A stretch of 64,000 bases of DNA from Octopus bimaculoides (GCF_001194135.2 NC_068990.1:32442417-32506416), one strand, 5' to 3'. Positions 38,861 through 53,769 are shown, counted from the stretch's first letter. Made by a program: numbers and translations. Notes: a model not told the origin generated them from the letters alone.

Positions 38861-39060
38861 TCTTTCACACACACACATACACAAACAAATATGCATATTA
38901 CACACACAGGTTTCTTTCAGTTTCTGTCTACCAAATCCACTCTCAAGGCTTTGGTCAGCTGAGGATATAGTAGAAGACACTTGCCCAAGGTGCCACGCAG
39001 TGGGATTGAGCCCAAAGCCACATGGCTGGAGATAAAACATTTTAACCACACAGTCATGCC
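38340..39060 (-). mobile_element. SINE family A, decayed, spanning an N gap
   Basis: GAAGACACTTGCCCAAGGTGCCACGCAGTGGG core and tail motifs. Confidence 0.8.
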
Positions 39061-41632
39061 TGTGAATTGGTCGAGTGCCTGACATACCATAGTAATAATG
39101 TGGTTTGAATGGCACAACAATGCACTATAATAACAACAATGGACTATAATAACTGCTGTAATTTAATCATCCATGGTCTGATAAATACACAGACACATAT
39201 GTATAGGTTTATACAAAAACACATACTTATGCCTTGCACATAAATGTAAGACACTGTTGATATATATATACACCCTTATGCATCTATATACTCATGATGC
39301 CTCATCTATTGGTGTATAGAGTTGTAGGCATATATACCTTCATGTGTGTGTATTTAATACATGTATGTGTGTATGTATATGTACACACACATATCCATAC
39401 AAGTGTAAATACATGTAAACAATTGACATAATTATATATATNNNNNNNNNNNNNNNNNNNNNNNNNNNNNNNNNNNNNNNNNNNNNNNNNNNNNNNNNNN
39501 NNNNNNNNNNNNNNNNNNNNNNNNNNNNNNATATATATATATATATATATATAATCTAATGAACACATCATCATTTTCAGAGATGCATATACATGTATAA
39601 ACTCTGATGCATGTGCATAGCTACAAGTTACTAGCCAGTAATCTGCTTTAATGTGGCATGCTACATTTGGGAGAAATAAGTCCTTAATCTGCCCACGCCA
39701 TCTGTGTCATAAGCCGGAGAATCCAGCCAACCACAACCAACACCATTGGTGACACTGGCACCACTACCACCAACACCCAATTCTCCAAAAATATTAAAAT
39801 ATAAAAGCTGTGTTAAGGTTTCCAGTTGCTAGTAATTTCCACCACCACCACCACCACTACCACTTCCACTGTTGTCACTGCCACCATCACTGCTGCCGCC
39901 GTCCCCACATTAGTAGGTTCTTGTTCTTGTCTTTCCATTCCTCTTCTGTCTCTCTTTCTCATCAATTAACACAACTAAGGAACATCCTAATTCATTTTGC
40001 TTCAGGTCTACCTGGAGCTGTGAGAGATAATGGCTTCGTTGCCATTTCAGTAAAAATGTTGAGTTTTATACATACATAAATACATTCATTTATTCATACT
40101 GTGTGTGAGCGCATGTGCGCGTACGCGTGTGTGCATGTACTTGAGTTGTATGTGGATAATTACACATGATACACACACACACACACTTACATATGTTTGA
40201 ATGAATGTCTGCAAACACACCAACATATATGTATGGACATACCTTAAATGAATGTTCTTAAAAGTCACTTGAAAATGAGTATGCACATACATATATGCAT
40301 TCTTCATGTACGTACATTCATACACACACTTCTACTCAGAAACAAGGGTTGATTTATAAAAAAAATTCTTTGTAAATATTCTCTTGATTGTAAACCATGA
40401 TTATCCAAGAAGTCTGATGCAAAATTTCTGGTTAACATCTATTTGTTTTTAAGCTTCAAGTGTCATCTTATATAAGTCCAGTATGATGTGGCATGGTTTT
40501 TAGTTAGCAGTGAATTTAAATTTGCTTCGAGAGGCATGAAGATTCTAGAAATTATTATAGCAAGAGAACAAAAAGAATTGGCATAATTTTAAGTTTAGCA
40601 TGATACTGGACTCATTCCCATCATTCTGTTTTTTTTTTATTTTACTTTACTTTATACAAACTTTATATTCTTACTTTAATTCTGTTGTTGCTTTTCTTTT
40701 TCCTAACAAATCTCAAAGAGTTTTGATAGAATGAGACAATTTTACAGTTCTCCATATTTCAAGTGGATATTTGGAAATACTTTTATTCTTAGCAGAGAAA
40801 AATATATTTCTTTTTCCACTTAGTATTTCACTTTTAGTTTCTACTTAAGATCTTCAGGGTATTCCATTTTTTTTTTTACTTTCTTTAAATTGGATTTTTG
40901 AAACTTTCTATTTGAGTTGACTAAAATAAATAAATTCTTAATAATTTGGTTTAAAATTTTCAGACAAATTTTATTGTTGTTGAAAGTTCTGTACGATCTC
41001 TGATTGAAGTAGAATGTTGCTATCAAATTTTATTCATCGTTTCTCATGATTTTTTTTGTTCATACATTTATATGGTTGTTTGTAATGGTTATTGATTTAT
41101 TTTATTGTATATTTTGTTTATATATTTAGTGTGGGTGGGAAAGGTTTGTAATTCAATTTTTCAGTTTTTGTTCCATTGCTAATAGTGTGCAGTCTGATGA
41201 TTTCAAAATTTGATTAGGTTTGCAAATTAAAGTTAATTTGCTCTATTGAACTATAATGGGGTGTAGGCCCAATTTTACTTTAATATTTGGTTTGTTAAGG
41301 TAAACAGTACAGAATTTATTTTCCTATCATGTTTCTCTAATAATGATTTTTAAAACAGGACTACAATCTTAAGTTTTGTGGAAGAGTATAGCTGATTACA
41401 ATTGATACCCAGGTCCTGATTAGTCCTGTTTTATCAACTACACAAGAACAAATGATAATGCTTTCTGCTGGTTAGATGCTGGATTGACTTATGAATATAA
41501 AATATAATATAGTGACTCCATTGAACTGAGTCATAAAGTCGTCTCTGCCAGTGAGAATGTACACGAATCAAATGAAATACTATATGACATTCAGTTAGCT
41601 CTGTACCATTTTTCCTGATTCTGTTTGCACCT

Positions 41633-41663
<31 letters not shown>

Positions 41664-41814
41664 TAATAATACATTCTCAAAAGTAAATGAAAATCTTAAC
41701 AAAAAATACTGACATACATATCATTACAAATATCAAAATATTGTGGGTGACAAGTGTGTACAGTTGGATAATGGTATGCTTCCACTGAGTGATTCTAAGA
41801 GGAAAGACGTAGAG

Positions 41815-42170
41815 AATCACTGATATGAAAGGCTATTAAATATGGAAAATGCACAGGAGAAAGACTCACAAATGTTGACATAGCAGACGGGCCAGTTATT
41901 CTAGCTGACAGTAGTATAGATAGATAAGACAATTAAAGAGATGAAGACAAGAAATTAAGGAATTACTGCAGAGATGCTTAAAATATCTGGCAGAGTTGGA
42001 TATGGCCTAGTCACCCATATTGTTAATCAGGTTAAAGAGGAAGGTGTCATACCCAATGACTGATGTAGTAGCATTATAGTCAGCTGTTACATGGATAAAG
42101 GAAATGTCTTAGAAGTAATTATAGAGGTATCAAATTGCTGGACCAGGTCATGAAAGTTATGACGAGAGTT
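41815..42170 (+). mobile_element. RTE LINE reverse-transcriptase N-terminal fragment
   Basis: GITAEMLKISGRVGYGLVTHIVNQVKEEGVIPND*CSSIIVSCY..KG / SNYRGIKLLDQVMKV. Confidence 0.85.
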
Positions 42171-42200
42171 GTTGTTCATGCTATTGTTGCCTCCACCACC

Positions 42201-42290
42201 ACCACAGTGACTTCCACCACCGTGACTTCCACCACCGTGACTTCCACCACCGTGACTTCCACCACCGTGACTTCCACCACCGTGACTTCC
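42201..42290. repeat. 15-bp minisatellite (ACCACCGTGACTTCC) x6
   Basis: Counted directly. Confidence 0.95.
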
Positions 42291-42821
42291 ACCACCACTG
42301 CTACCACGGTCATTATCATTTGTGTATAGAAATCTTTTTGCAAACATGTTTAGAATTGAGATAATATTAATTTCTAACATTGGCTCAAGGTTACATAGTT
42401 TTTTGTGGGGACAAGTATGTGGAATGGTTGGTTGAATTGATATTGCCCCCACCCAATTCCTAAAGATAATTATTTTTTCACAATGACCCTAGAAGAATGA
42501 AAGATAATTTTACCCCCTGGTAAGATATAAAATCAGAATGTAGAAGGATGTCAGTAAAAACCACCAGGCATTTTGACTGTTGTTGTAACATCTCTCTGTC
42601 AATCCACTGCCCTCAGGACGTAAAATTATATTAACATCAGTTGCATGAAAATATCTTAATGCTAGCATTGAATCAATTATTAGTTTATTTTTCTGCAGAA
42701 GTCATTGAATATAATGAATATTGAGATATCATGACCAGAAAGGTCATTTAAATAATACTGAGTTCCAGAACAGTTTGGGGTAAAATTCCAAAGAACAAAA
42801 TATGAATTTCTAAAACACGCA

Positions 42822-42852
<31 letters not shown>

Positions 42853-42923
42853 GCACATGCACATGCACACACACGCACACACTCAACAATATGCGTACCA
42901 GACAGAGAAGCTCATATGCATAT

Positions 42924-42993
42924 ATAGACACAGGCTTGGCTGTGAATAGACACAGGCTTGGCTGTGAATAGACACAGGCTTGGCTGTGGATAG
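42924..42993. repeat. 22-bp tandem repeat (ATAGACACAGGCTTGGCTGTGA) x3 preceding a SINE A head
   Basis: Counted directly; the unit resembles the SINE A 5' end (..GGCTGTGTGG). Confidence 0.85.
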
Positions 42994-43149
42994 AAACAGC
43001 TGTGTTTATGTGGTAAGAATTTTGCTTCTCAACCATGTGGTTTTGGATTCAGTCCCACTATATGATACCTTGAGCAAGTGTCTTCTATTATACTCCTGTG
43101 TTGACCAAAGCCTTGAGAAAATTGTTTTGTGTATATATATATATCCTTC

Positions 43150-43685
43150 AGTGGACACTAAACTCTGCTTGCGAAGACCTGTTGGGGCAAGTGAAATCGA
43201 AATCTTAATTGAACCATATTCGATGACAGGCACCTGTGCCAGTGGAGCACCAACAGCACTGTCCGAGCGTGAGAGCAGCTGTCTGGCTTCCGTGCTAGTG
43301 GCCCGTAAATAGCACCATTTGAGCGTGATCGTTACTAGCATCGCTTTACTGGCACTTGTGCTGGTGGCACGTTAGAAAATCATTCAAGCGAGGTCATTGC
43401 TAGTGCTGCAGGACCGGCTCCTGTGCAGGTGGTATGTAAAAAACACCATTTTGAGCATGGCCATTGCCAGTACCGCCTGACTGGCCCTCGAGCCGGTGGC
43501 ACGTAAAAACACCCACTACACTCTTGGAGTGGTTGGCGTTAGGAAGGGCATCCAGCTGTAGAAACTCTGCCAGATCAGATTGGAGCCTGGTGCAGCCATC
43601 CGGTTCACCAGTCCTCAATCAAATCGTCCAACCCATGCTAGCATGGAAAGCAGATGTTAAACGATGATGATGATGATGATGATAT
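43150..43685 (+). mobile_element. RTE-associated 3' UTR element with (GAT)n tail
   Basis: Shares its 3' part with 14918-15451. Confidence 0.8.
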
Positions 43686-43997
43686 ATATATGTTGGCTGT
43701 CTGCTTCTTGCAGATCATGGCGTTTTCTTGTACCCACAATTGATCTTTCCAAGCATGAAATCTTGAATGGCTTTTGAGTATTGAAAGGCATTTGAAGTGC
43801 TGATCACAGAAAACAGCACAGAAAACTTCATACAAATTCCATTAGATTAATTTACCAAATTTATTATCATAATTATGGATGTATTCAAACACTTCTGTAT
43901 TCTCATAATTTTTAGCTTCACTTAAAAGTGGTTGTTCTGTTGAAACACAGAACACTGCAGTAGTTACCATGAAAGAAACTCTCATATTGGTTTTCAA

Positions 43998-44233
43998 TGT
44001 GTAAACACCTTCTTCTTTATATTGCTAGTGGGAAGATAAATCATCTGCCACCAGCAGCACTGAGAGCACCAGATCACATGATTTTGCCCTGCTGTGGCCT
44101 TGTCAATGGTGAATGCTCGGATGCTGGTGTATCCATGGAAAGCCAAAATCACATGATCTTGTGGTCTCAGCGGTGGTGATGGTGGGTGATTTATCTCCCC
44201 ACAAGCAATATAAGCATGAATATATTTACACAC
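43998..44233. mobile_element. MITE-like inverted repeat (approximately 70-90 bp arms)
   Basis: TATATTGCTAGTGGGAAGATAAATC...ATGATTTTG pairs with CAAAATCACATG...GATTTATCTCCCCACAAGCAATATA. Confidence 0.75.
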
Positions 44234-44640
44234 TGAAAGCCAATATGAGAATTTCTTTTATGGTAACTGCTGCAGTATTCCGTGTTTTAACAGAATATAT
44301 ACTTTTCAGTGGGGCTAAATATTTCCTTTTGGTATTAAATACTGCTTCTGTCATACATTTAGAAATGCCGTTGGCATTTACCACCTTTTTTCCATACCCA
44401 TACACACAATGTACATATACCTATGTATGTATTTACATTCACAATATTTAAAGGTGCAGTTAAGAGGTTTGCTTACCAACTTCATAGTTTTGGGGTTCAG
44501 TCCCACCATATGGCACTTTATACAATTGCCACCTACTTTCACCCTGGGTTGACTAAACCATTATGAGTAAATTTGGTAGATGGAAACTGAGAGAAGTCAG
44601 TTGTGTGGGTGTGTGTATATATATAAGTGTGTGTGAGTGA

Positions 44641-44725
<85 letters not shown>

Positions 44726-47700
44726 TAAATATATGTGTGTGTGAGAGTATGTGTATATTTGTGTCTCGAGACATCGTGCATCATGTGATTGTTGGAAATG
44801 AATGTAATTCAATGTCATATTCTGCAAAAATATATTATTACCTTGAAGTATTACCTTGCTTCGAAACAGGTAATGATTGGTGACAGGAAGGGCATCCAGC
44901 CATCGAAAATCTGCCTTGATAAACAATGCCCAACCCATGCAAGCTTGGAAAGATTATGTATGAATATATTTATATATGTCTATGTGTGTGTGTGTGTGTG
45001 TGTGTATGTGCAGACATGGTTGTGTCTTTAGAAAGTTTAGTTCCAACTATGTAGTGGCAGGATCAGTTCCAGTGTGCACCATCTTGGCCAAGTATCTTCA
45101 ACATATAGTCTCAGGTCGACCAAAAATTTCTCTCTCCATCATTATCCATCTGCCAATCTCCTTCCACACTCTTGCAAACTTACTTCCCTACCCACTTACA
45201 TTATCCAATCTGTACCAAGTCCCTTATATTCACCTTGACGGCTCATTCTGATACGTCTTTGCCATCATCTCTCTTTTCTAATTGGAATAACCATGTTTCT
45301 CACAGCATGACACCTATTCCTGCCTCTTTATTGTACTTTACATTTCATCACCTGGCACAAAGCCACCTCCTTCAATATTGCACCTCCTCGTTTGATGGGG
45401 GCTTGCATGTAGCTAGACCACTTCACTAGTGCTGGTGCCAAGTAAAATGTCCCCACTGTACTCTGTAAAATGGTTGGCATTAGGAAGGGTATCCAACCAT
45501 AGAGATCATGCCAAAGCTGACACTGGAGCTTGGTGCAGTACTCTGGCTCGCCAGCTCCTGTTGAACCAGCTACTCTATGGAAAACAGATGTTAAATGAGG
45601 ATAATATACACCTGTACATTATGTCTATTCATACATTTTCCTCCGTCGTTTGTAAACAAAGTACATTGTTATTTAAACATAGGATATTTATTTTATAACA
45701 TGAGTTATCTATTCAGTACTAATTATTTTAGCACCTAATGTTGTGTGTATTTGTATATACATATATACTAATAAATACACATGTGCCCGCACACTCACAC
45801 ATGTGTACGCATGCACACACACACACACACAGTTGGTTATTTATTAGTATTAAAATATTCTCTTTCATGTAGACAGTGTTTGAGATGAAATGGTAGAGTA
45901 GAGTGAAGTCAAACTCATTCCCAGAGATCTCATACTCAGAAAAATCAATCATGTGAGAGAAAAACATCTCAATAAAAATGAAAGAGGTTAAAAATGAAAG
46001 AAAAAGTGACTGTAACATTTGATTGGTTACTGAATTGTTAATGAGGTGCCCTGCCACTTCTTGTTGAAATACTATATGTTTTATAACAAATTAGATTTGA
46101 TATTAACAATGTTGCCATTTACAAACTCTTTGAATTTTGTATGGGTTTTTATCTTTCCATTTTTTATTTATATTTGCTAAAAATTGATGATGGTAATGGG
46201 TGGGTGNNNNNNNNNNNNNNNNNNNNNNNNNNNNNNNNNNNNNNNNNNNNNNNNNNNNNNNNNNNNNNNNNNNNNNNNNNNNNNNNNNNNNNNNNNNNNN
46301 NNNNNNNNNNNNNNNNNNNNNNNNNNNNNNNNTTAAGACGGTGAGCTATCCCTCTTGCAGCTCCCTAGATTCACAAAGGATTTGTAATTTAAAAGCCCTG
46401 TCAATATCAGCTCTAATTAATACTGATTCTTGATACCATTGAGTCATAGATGTCTAAGTTGATAATATTGGTTTAACAGATAAAAATGTTTAATTCATAT
46501 TTCATTACTGACACTTCTCTGGGTCCATAACTAAAAAAAAAAAGGAAAAAAAAAAGAAGAAAAAAATAGAAATATTTCTTACACTCAAAGAATAGTTTTT
46601 AAGGGCCCGAGATTAATAGTAGTTTGTGTTTAGTGTATCATGAGATAAATCTGACTTTGGATACGATCTTAAGTATGAGAAAGTGTGCTATCTATTGTTA
46701 ACAACCAGGTGAACAGTAGTATGTTGAATTAAGTATATTTCCCAACTAGCCCAACAGTCATTTACTATCGTGTTTGCAACATGCTCCACATCTTTGATCC
46801 TGTTTTAAGTTACCATGATGTTGTGAACATACTGGAACATCTTGGTCATTAGCTTTCAGGACATTGTTTCATTAGAAAATGCCATACTTTCCAAAGTTAA
46901 CACCATTCCTGATATCCCTATGCACCCTTTCTTCATTACAGTTCTTTTGCTGTTCACCTCCTTGTCTTCATGTGTTTTATTCTGTGCACTATGTATGAAC
47001 TTTTGGCTGTCATTGTCTGTTTTTTACTTGGCTTATTTTTGCTTTCTGTCCATTCTTTTACTCTTTGCGAATGAGTTGTAGTGCACCTGAACACTATACA
47101 ATAAGCTCATTATTATTATTCTCATATTAGGAATCTTTACTGCCACAATTTAGTATTCCAGACCTCACAACTATAAACCTGACTCACACAAAAACATAAA
47201 GAACCCTTAAAAAACTAAGAAACTTAGAGGGATTTTTAACAGATTATTTAGAGATATTACTTTGCAGTATCCCAAAGTAATCATCTGCAAAGGTTTATAA
47301 CCTTTGCAGAATAGCCTTTACTAACTCAGATAGCAATATACAAAAACAATAAAACATAACTCTATACGTCTCAAACTACTTTATATACAACACATATATT
47401 ACAAAACATTCACCACTGACAGTGTTGCTCCAGCATGGTTTTAGTTGTGATGCTAAACATCCATGAAAGAACCAAAGGCTCAATACATCATATTCACCAT
47501 ATTTTCTCTTATGGTGAAATAAATCAGAATTTATTGCAAATTAACAGGTTTTCTAATAAATAATAAAAAGTAATACATCCTGTTAAATTTGTGTTTCCTA
47601 ACAGGTTATTTTTATTTTTAAAATTGCTTTCATTATTACACCATCATTATCATCATCATCATTATTATCATTATTATAGCTACCATTAGCATTTTCTATA

Positions 47701-47736
47701 TTTCACCGTTATCATCATTATTATCATAACTATCGT

Positions 47737-48630
47737 TAAGGTGAGAGCTGGCAGAATCATTAGCACACCGGGCGAAATGCTTCGCGGTATTTCGTCTGTC
47801 TTTACGTTTTGAGTTCAAATTCCGCTGAGGTTGACTTTACTTTTCATCCTTTCGGGGTCGATAAATTAAGTACCAGTTACGCACAAGGGTCAATGTAATC
47901 GACTTAATCCCTTTGTCTGTCCTTGTTTGTCCCCTCTATGTTTAGCCCCTTGTGGGAAATAAAGAAATAAGAATCGTTAGCATGCCAGGCAAAATGCTTA
48001 GCAGCATTTTGTATGTCCTTACATTCTGAGTTCAAATTCTGCTGGGGTTGACTTTGCATTTCATCATTTCAGGGTTGATAAATTAAGTACCAGTTAAATA
48101 CTGGGGTCAATGTAATCAGCTTATCCCCTTCTCTAACATTTCAGGCCTTGTGCCTTTAGTAGAAAGGGATAGTATTATAACTATCATTGAAGGTGGTGAG
48201 CTGGCAGAATCTTTAGCACGCCAGGCAAAATGCTTAGTGATATTTCATCTGATGCTACGTTCTGAGTTCAAATTCTGCCAAGCTTGACTTTGCCTTTCAT
48301 CCTTTCGGGGTTGATTAAATAAGGGGGTGATTAAATATGGGGTCGATATAATCAACTTAATCCCTTCCCTTAAATTTGAGGCTTTGTGCTTCCAGTAGAA
48401 AGGATTATTATTATTATTATTATAAAGCAATGAGTTTGAAGAATTGTAATAGCACCGGACAAAATGCTTAGCAGCATTTCTTCCAACTTCATGTTCTGAG
48501 TTCAAATTCTGCCAGGGTTGACATTGCTGTTCATCTTTTTGGGGTCGATAAAATAAGTACCAGTTAAGTATTAGGAATGATGTAATCGACTTCTTCCTGC
48601 AAACCTGCTGGCCTTGTGTCAAAATTTGAA
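47737..48630 (+). mobile_element. Four head-to-tail SINE family B copies
   Basis: Starts near 47737, 47972, 48188 and 48424; each contains GAGTTCAAATTC and TAAGTACCAGTT-like cores. Confidence 0.9.
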
Positions 48631-49103
48631 ACCGTTATTATAACTATCATCAATGCCATTATCAACATCTCTACCAATATCTTCATTAACATGAGAACCT
48701 CTTGGAAATAGCAGCCAAAATCACTCCTACCATCTTTAAAAAAGAAAAAAAAGAAAAACATTTAATACAGACCTAGAAAAAAAATGTGATAGTCACAGCT
48801 GGTACATCATTGATCTTGATATAATGATTAGTACTGCTGCAATTAAACAATATCTAATCATTAGCATATTACTATACTGTTTAACCAACCCCATACAAAC
48901 TGTTAACTGCCTCTCAAACCACCACCATCACCACCGCCGCCACCACCACAACCCCACCCCCCACCCGCCATCACAACCCCCCACCCAACCAACCACTACC
49001 AGCACTACCGCCTTATATTAGTAACCAAAACTAAGATTTATTAATTCAGAAAAAAAATATTCAAATATTGTATTATTAATAATGATTTCTTGTATTGTTA
49101 ATG

Positions 49104-49179
<76 letters not shown>

Positions 49180-49631
49180 GCACCACCACCACCACAAACA
49201 ACATTAATAAAAATAAAAGTAAAACAGTACTTAGCAAACGTCAACATTTATAACATTTTCTATAAGAACATAGAATTCTCATTTTAATTCTCCAATACTT
49301 GCCCCCCCCCCGATATTTACCAGCTCACACCCCCAGCTCCATCCACTACCACCACCTTCCACCTCCAAACAACTTGAATTAAGCTGATAAGAAGCTATCT
49401 AAATGTGGAGAGATTTTTACAAAATATATATTCATAGCCTTGCACACACACACACACTGACATTCACACAATTCACACACACACACACACACATACACAG
49501 TGTGTATACCTGTATATATTAATGTAATGTTAACCACATACAAATTAGACAAGCTACATTTGTTGAGTATGCATATATATATATATATAATGTGTGTGTG
49601 TGTGTGTGTGTGTGTATGCGTGACTTTGCAC

Positions 49632-49672
<41 letters not shown>

Positions 49673-49736
49673 TGTCTGTGTGTGTATGTATGTATGTGTG
49701 TACATATATGTTTGAAGATATATATATCTGTGTGTA

Positions 49737-49767
<31 letters not shown>

Positions 49768-50168
49768 ATGTATATATTGATGTATGTATATGTTCTGAAT
49801 TTGTGCTGAGGAGATAATGCAGTAGAAGTTGGTTGATGTAATATGACCTTATCACATGTATCTGCATATATACAAAATAATATATATATATATATATATA
49901 TGTATGCGTATGTATGTAATGTAATATGTGTATGTGTGTATGTATACATATGTATATTGTGTGTATGTATATTATGAAATCTCATCATAAATGATTATTG
50001 ACTATCCCTTAGGGAATGAGATACATATTAATAACCTTATTTGCATACTGCATCTTTATAAGGGGGAGGGGAGGAGAAAGTTGTTGAATATCTGAACTTG
50101 ATGGTGTCGGCGGTGGGGATAATGTTTATAGCAGTACTGAAGTTGATGATATTGGGCTGTAGTGATGG

Positions 50169-50230
<62 letters not shown>

Positions 50231-50523
50231 AGGTGGGTAGACCAAGTGGTTGTGATGGTAGTAGCAATGATAAGGTGGTGGTGTTGATGATGGTTATGCT
50301 GAGGATAGCATCATTGCTGATGCTGTCAGGGCCTTTCCTATAGCCTTTAAAATGTAAGATAACATATGTATCAACTACTGAGTATTTTGAAGGTAACCAA
50401 CGAACCTGATTTTGACTCAGACCATCAGAGGAGCTTCTATGCAAGTCATTTGACTGGCTAGAAAAAGTAACCAAATCTTTCTCAAATCACATGCCCACCA
50501 TTTTAAAGGGAAAGGACACAGTT

Positions 50524-50661
50524 GTGGCTGTGTGGTTGGAAGCTTGCTTCCCAACCATACGGTTCCACATGGTACCTTGGGCAAGTGTCTTCTGCTATAG
50601 CTTTGGGCCGACCAAAACCTTGTGAGTGGATTTAGTAGACGGAGACTGAAAGAAGCTTGTC

Positions 50662-50709
<48 letters not shown>

Positions 50710-50940
50710 ATATGTATATATCTATGTGTCTTTGTGTCTGTTTGTCACTCACCACCACTTGACAACTGGTGTTGGTGTGTTTACATCTCCGTAACTTAGT
50801 AGTTCAGCAAAAGACACTGATAGAATAAGTACAAGGTTTAAAACTATAAGCCCTTGGGTAGATTTGTTTGACTAAAACCATTCAGGGTGGTGCTCCAGCA
50901 TGGCCACTGTCAAATGATTGAAGCAAATATAAGATAAAAG
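50524..50940 (+). mobile_element. SINE family A, full length
   Basis: Head-microsatellite-tail arrangement as at 21141-21553. Confidence 0.85.
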
Positions 50941-51329
50941 ATTAGATAATGAAGTTATAGATGCACAAAGACATGAGATGGTTATAGTTGGAAAGCCTTT
51001 GATTATTGATCTGCTGAGTTGGGGCTAACCTCGAGCTATGCAACAACTTTGACTCTGTTGATGTGTGTGAAATTGTGTGAAGTTGGTGGAAGTATGGTGG
51101 TGACTCTACTAGATGAGTGGAGGAATTGACTGGCAGAAGAAAAAAAAAATGCTGTGTAAACCTCCTCAAGGAATGTGAAGACGCAGGCTGGAAAGAGGAG
51201 CGTTTTCCAATCAAAGTCAAATGTAGAGGATTTGTTGGACACAGTGTGAGTGACTGTTGTTATCGTTGGGCTTAACTCATTGTAAAGTAAATACCACCAT
51301 GACCGATATCCAAACTACAGTGGAAAAGG

Positions 51330-51580
51330 CTAGCCATTGGATTTGGTTAAAAAGTGACAATGTGCAATGGCTAGAAGAATATTGAGCTTTAATTGATAAC
51401 CAGTTGATCTAGCAAGTGGCCTCGTATCAATGAAGGGGTGCTGGTGTGCATTAATGTCGTCAAGTGGTAGGCCCTGAAATGGCACACATTCTCTCCTGAT
51501 GACCCCATACACTTGCTGGCTTCCAGTATGCAGAGCTTTCGATTGGTAGCACTTGCATGTGCAAGTTGTTTGCAAAACAT
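51330..51580 (-). CDS. Putative terminal coding exon of an unidentified host gene (Cys-containing, moderately hydrophobic C-terminus)
   Basis: Strong acceptor CTCTTTTTCTCTCTCTTTTTCCTTAG at 51581; phase-1 frame (D)VLQTTCTCKCYQSKALHTGSQQVYGVIRRECVPF...LKLNILLAIAHCHFLTKSNG*; non-repetitive sequence. Confidence 0.5.
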
Positions 51581-53367
51581 CTAAGGAAAAAGAGAGAGAA
51601 AAAGAGGTAAACAAATGGCTTGTTTGAAATAGAGGAAATCAGTAAGGAGAGAAAACAAGGGAGAAAAATTGCGGAAGACAGAGTATAAGAAAGAAGTGCG
51701 GAAAGAGAAAGAAATGAAGAATCACAACTAACAGACATAGAAATTATATAAATTAAGACAACATCGCAAATAAATGAAAGACAAAATTCTTACTATAACC
51801 TATTAGATTTCTTACTCGTATTTCTCTCTCTCCTAATTTGACTTATAATCTTTCTACTAACCACTAGCAGTCCTCAATCAACTATCTCCTTTCTTGGCAA
51901 CTTCTAATCTGTATGCCTTTAGCTTGCTGCCAATTTAATTACTATGAGATTTGTTGGATAGGTAATTAGTATAACTCGTTAAGTGTTAATTGGTGAGGCA
52001 TAAATTCATAACTCATCTTTCATTGTCAAGGTTCTGAAACATTAGTATTTGCTATTTTTTCTTTTTAAGATGTTTACAATTTTTATTCCTTATGTAACAT
52101 TCTGTTTTAAATTAAATTACTACCAAGTCTGTAGTACAGCTATCAAAACATGGATTTTAGCATGTCCAACTCTGAGATTGCCAGTACAAACAGTATTGAT
52201 GTTTGTCGCTGAAAACAATATTCATAACAATCAATTTGCTGCTGTACAGTTTTGTAATATCATCTGATGTTATTTCAGTTCCTCAGCAGTTTTGCTCCTT
52301 TTTGTGGTAGTAATAATTATATAATGATAAAACATGGTTCAATATCAGAGCTGGTATAGTGGTGCTTTCTCATTGCATGGCACCTTGAGCAAGTATCTTT
52401 TACAATAGCCCTGGGGAAACTGAAAGAAGCCTGCCACATCTATATATATCTTTCTTTCATCTTTGGAGTGCAGCCATGCTGGGGCACCACCTCGAAGGGT
52501 TTGGTTAAAGGAATCAACCCCAGTGCTTATTTTTTTAAAGCTTGGTACTTGTTCTATTGGCCCCCTTTGCCAAACTGCTAAGTAATGGGGATGTAAACAT
52601 ACCAATACTGGTTATCAAGTGGTTCTGTAGGTGAATCCACAAAAAAAAAACAAAAGACAAAGACAGGTGTATACACACACACACACACACACACACAAAC
52701 GCACACACACGCACACACACACATTAATATATATATCAGGCTTAATCATATAAGTAGTTGAAAAATAAGTATTAGGATCAATCTGTTTGACTAAACTCTT
52801 CAAGGAGGTGCCACAGCATGGCCACAGTCAAATGATCGAAACAAGTAAAAAAAAGAGGTAAAAGACATTGTGACAGAGTTGAAACTTGAATTATTTAAAA
52901 TGAAAGCTTAGCAATACAAAGAAAATGTTGGAGTTCATTTTATGTCTTTTACTGAAAACCAAACTTGACTAATCTGAGGAAACAACAATATTTGTAGAGA
53001 TAAATGATTAGTGAAGTCTATTCATCATTGATGTTGCCTTTCATATTTCTTTTGAAGATTGATGAAATAGGTACTAGTCATGTACTGGGGTTAATTAAGT
53101 TGAACATCTGTGGTAAAGAGTTTGCCAGGTGCAAGCGCAGGTGTGTAGTAAGAAGTCTGTTTCCCAAGCACATGCCTCTGGATTTTATCTCATTGTGTGG
53201 TACCTTGGTCAAATCTCTTCTGCTATAGTCCCAGGCATACCAAAGCCACGTGTATGAATTTGGTGGATGGAAACTGAACAAAGCACATAAGCCTCAGGCC
53301 AACCAAAGCCTTGTAAGTGGATTTGGTAGATGGAAACATATATATATAAATATATATATGTATGGGT

Positions 53368-53704
53368 GGTTGACCCCCTTTGGTGATGAATGACCATGGG
53401 ATTGCACCTAGAAAGTTACCCTCTGAGGCACAATTCCATGCAAGGTTGTTTTATGCAAGACCAGCAGTCACCCATGCATACCAGCCTCCCGTCTCCATGC
53501 CACTGATGTTATCCAAGGGAAAGGCAAAGGCCAATCAATACAGCTTGGCACCAATGACATCGCATCTCATTTATACAGCTGAGTGAATTGGAGCAACATG
53601 AAATAAAGTGTCTTGCTCAAGAACACAACATGCAGCCTGGTCCAGGAATCAAACTCACAACCTCATGTTCGTAAGCTCGACGCTCTAACCACTGAGCCAT
53701 GTGC
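53368..53704 (-). mobile_element. tRNA-derived SINE family D
   Basis: Minus-strand A box TGGCTCAGTGG, anticodon-like CTTACGAA, B box GTTTGATTCC. Confidence 0.85.
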
Positions 53705-53769
53705 TTTCATATATATGTATATGTATAAATATGTATATATATAAATATATATATATGTAAATATATGTA

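Noticed and set aside
53640-53704. tRNA gene
   Set aside because: The tRNA-like head lacks a proper acceptor stem and continues into a SINE body.
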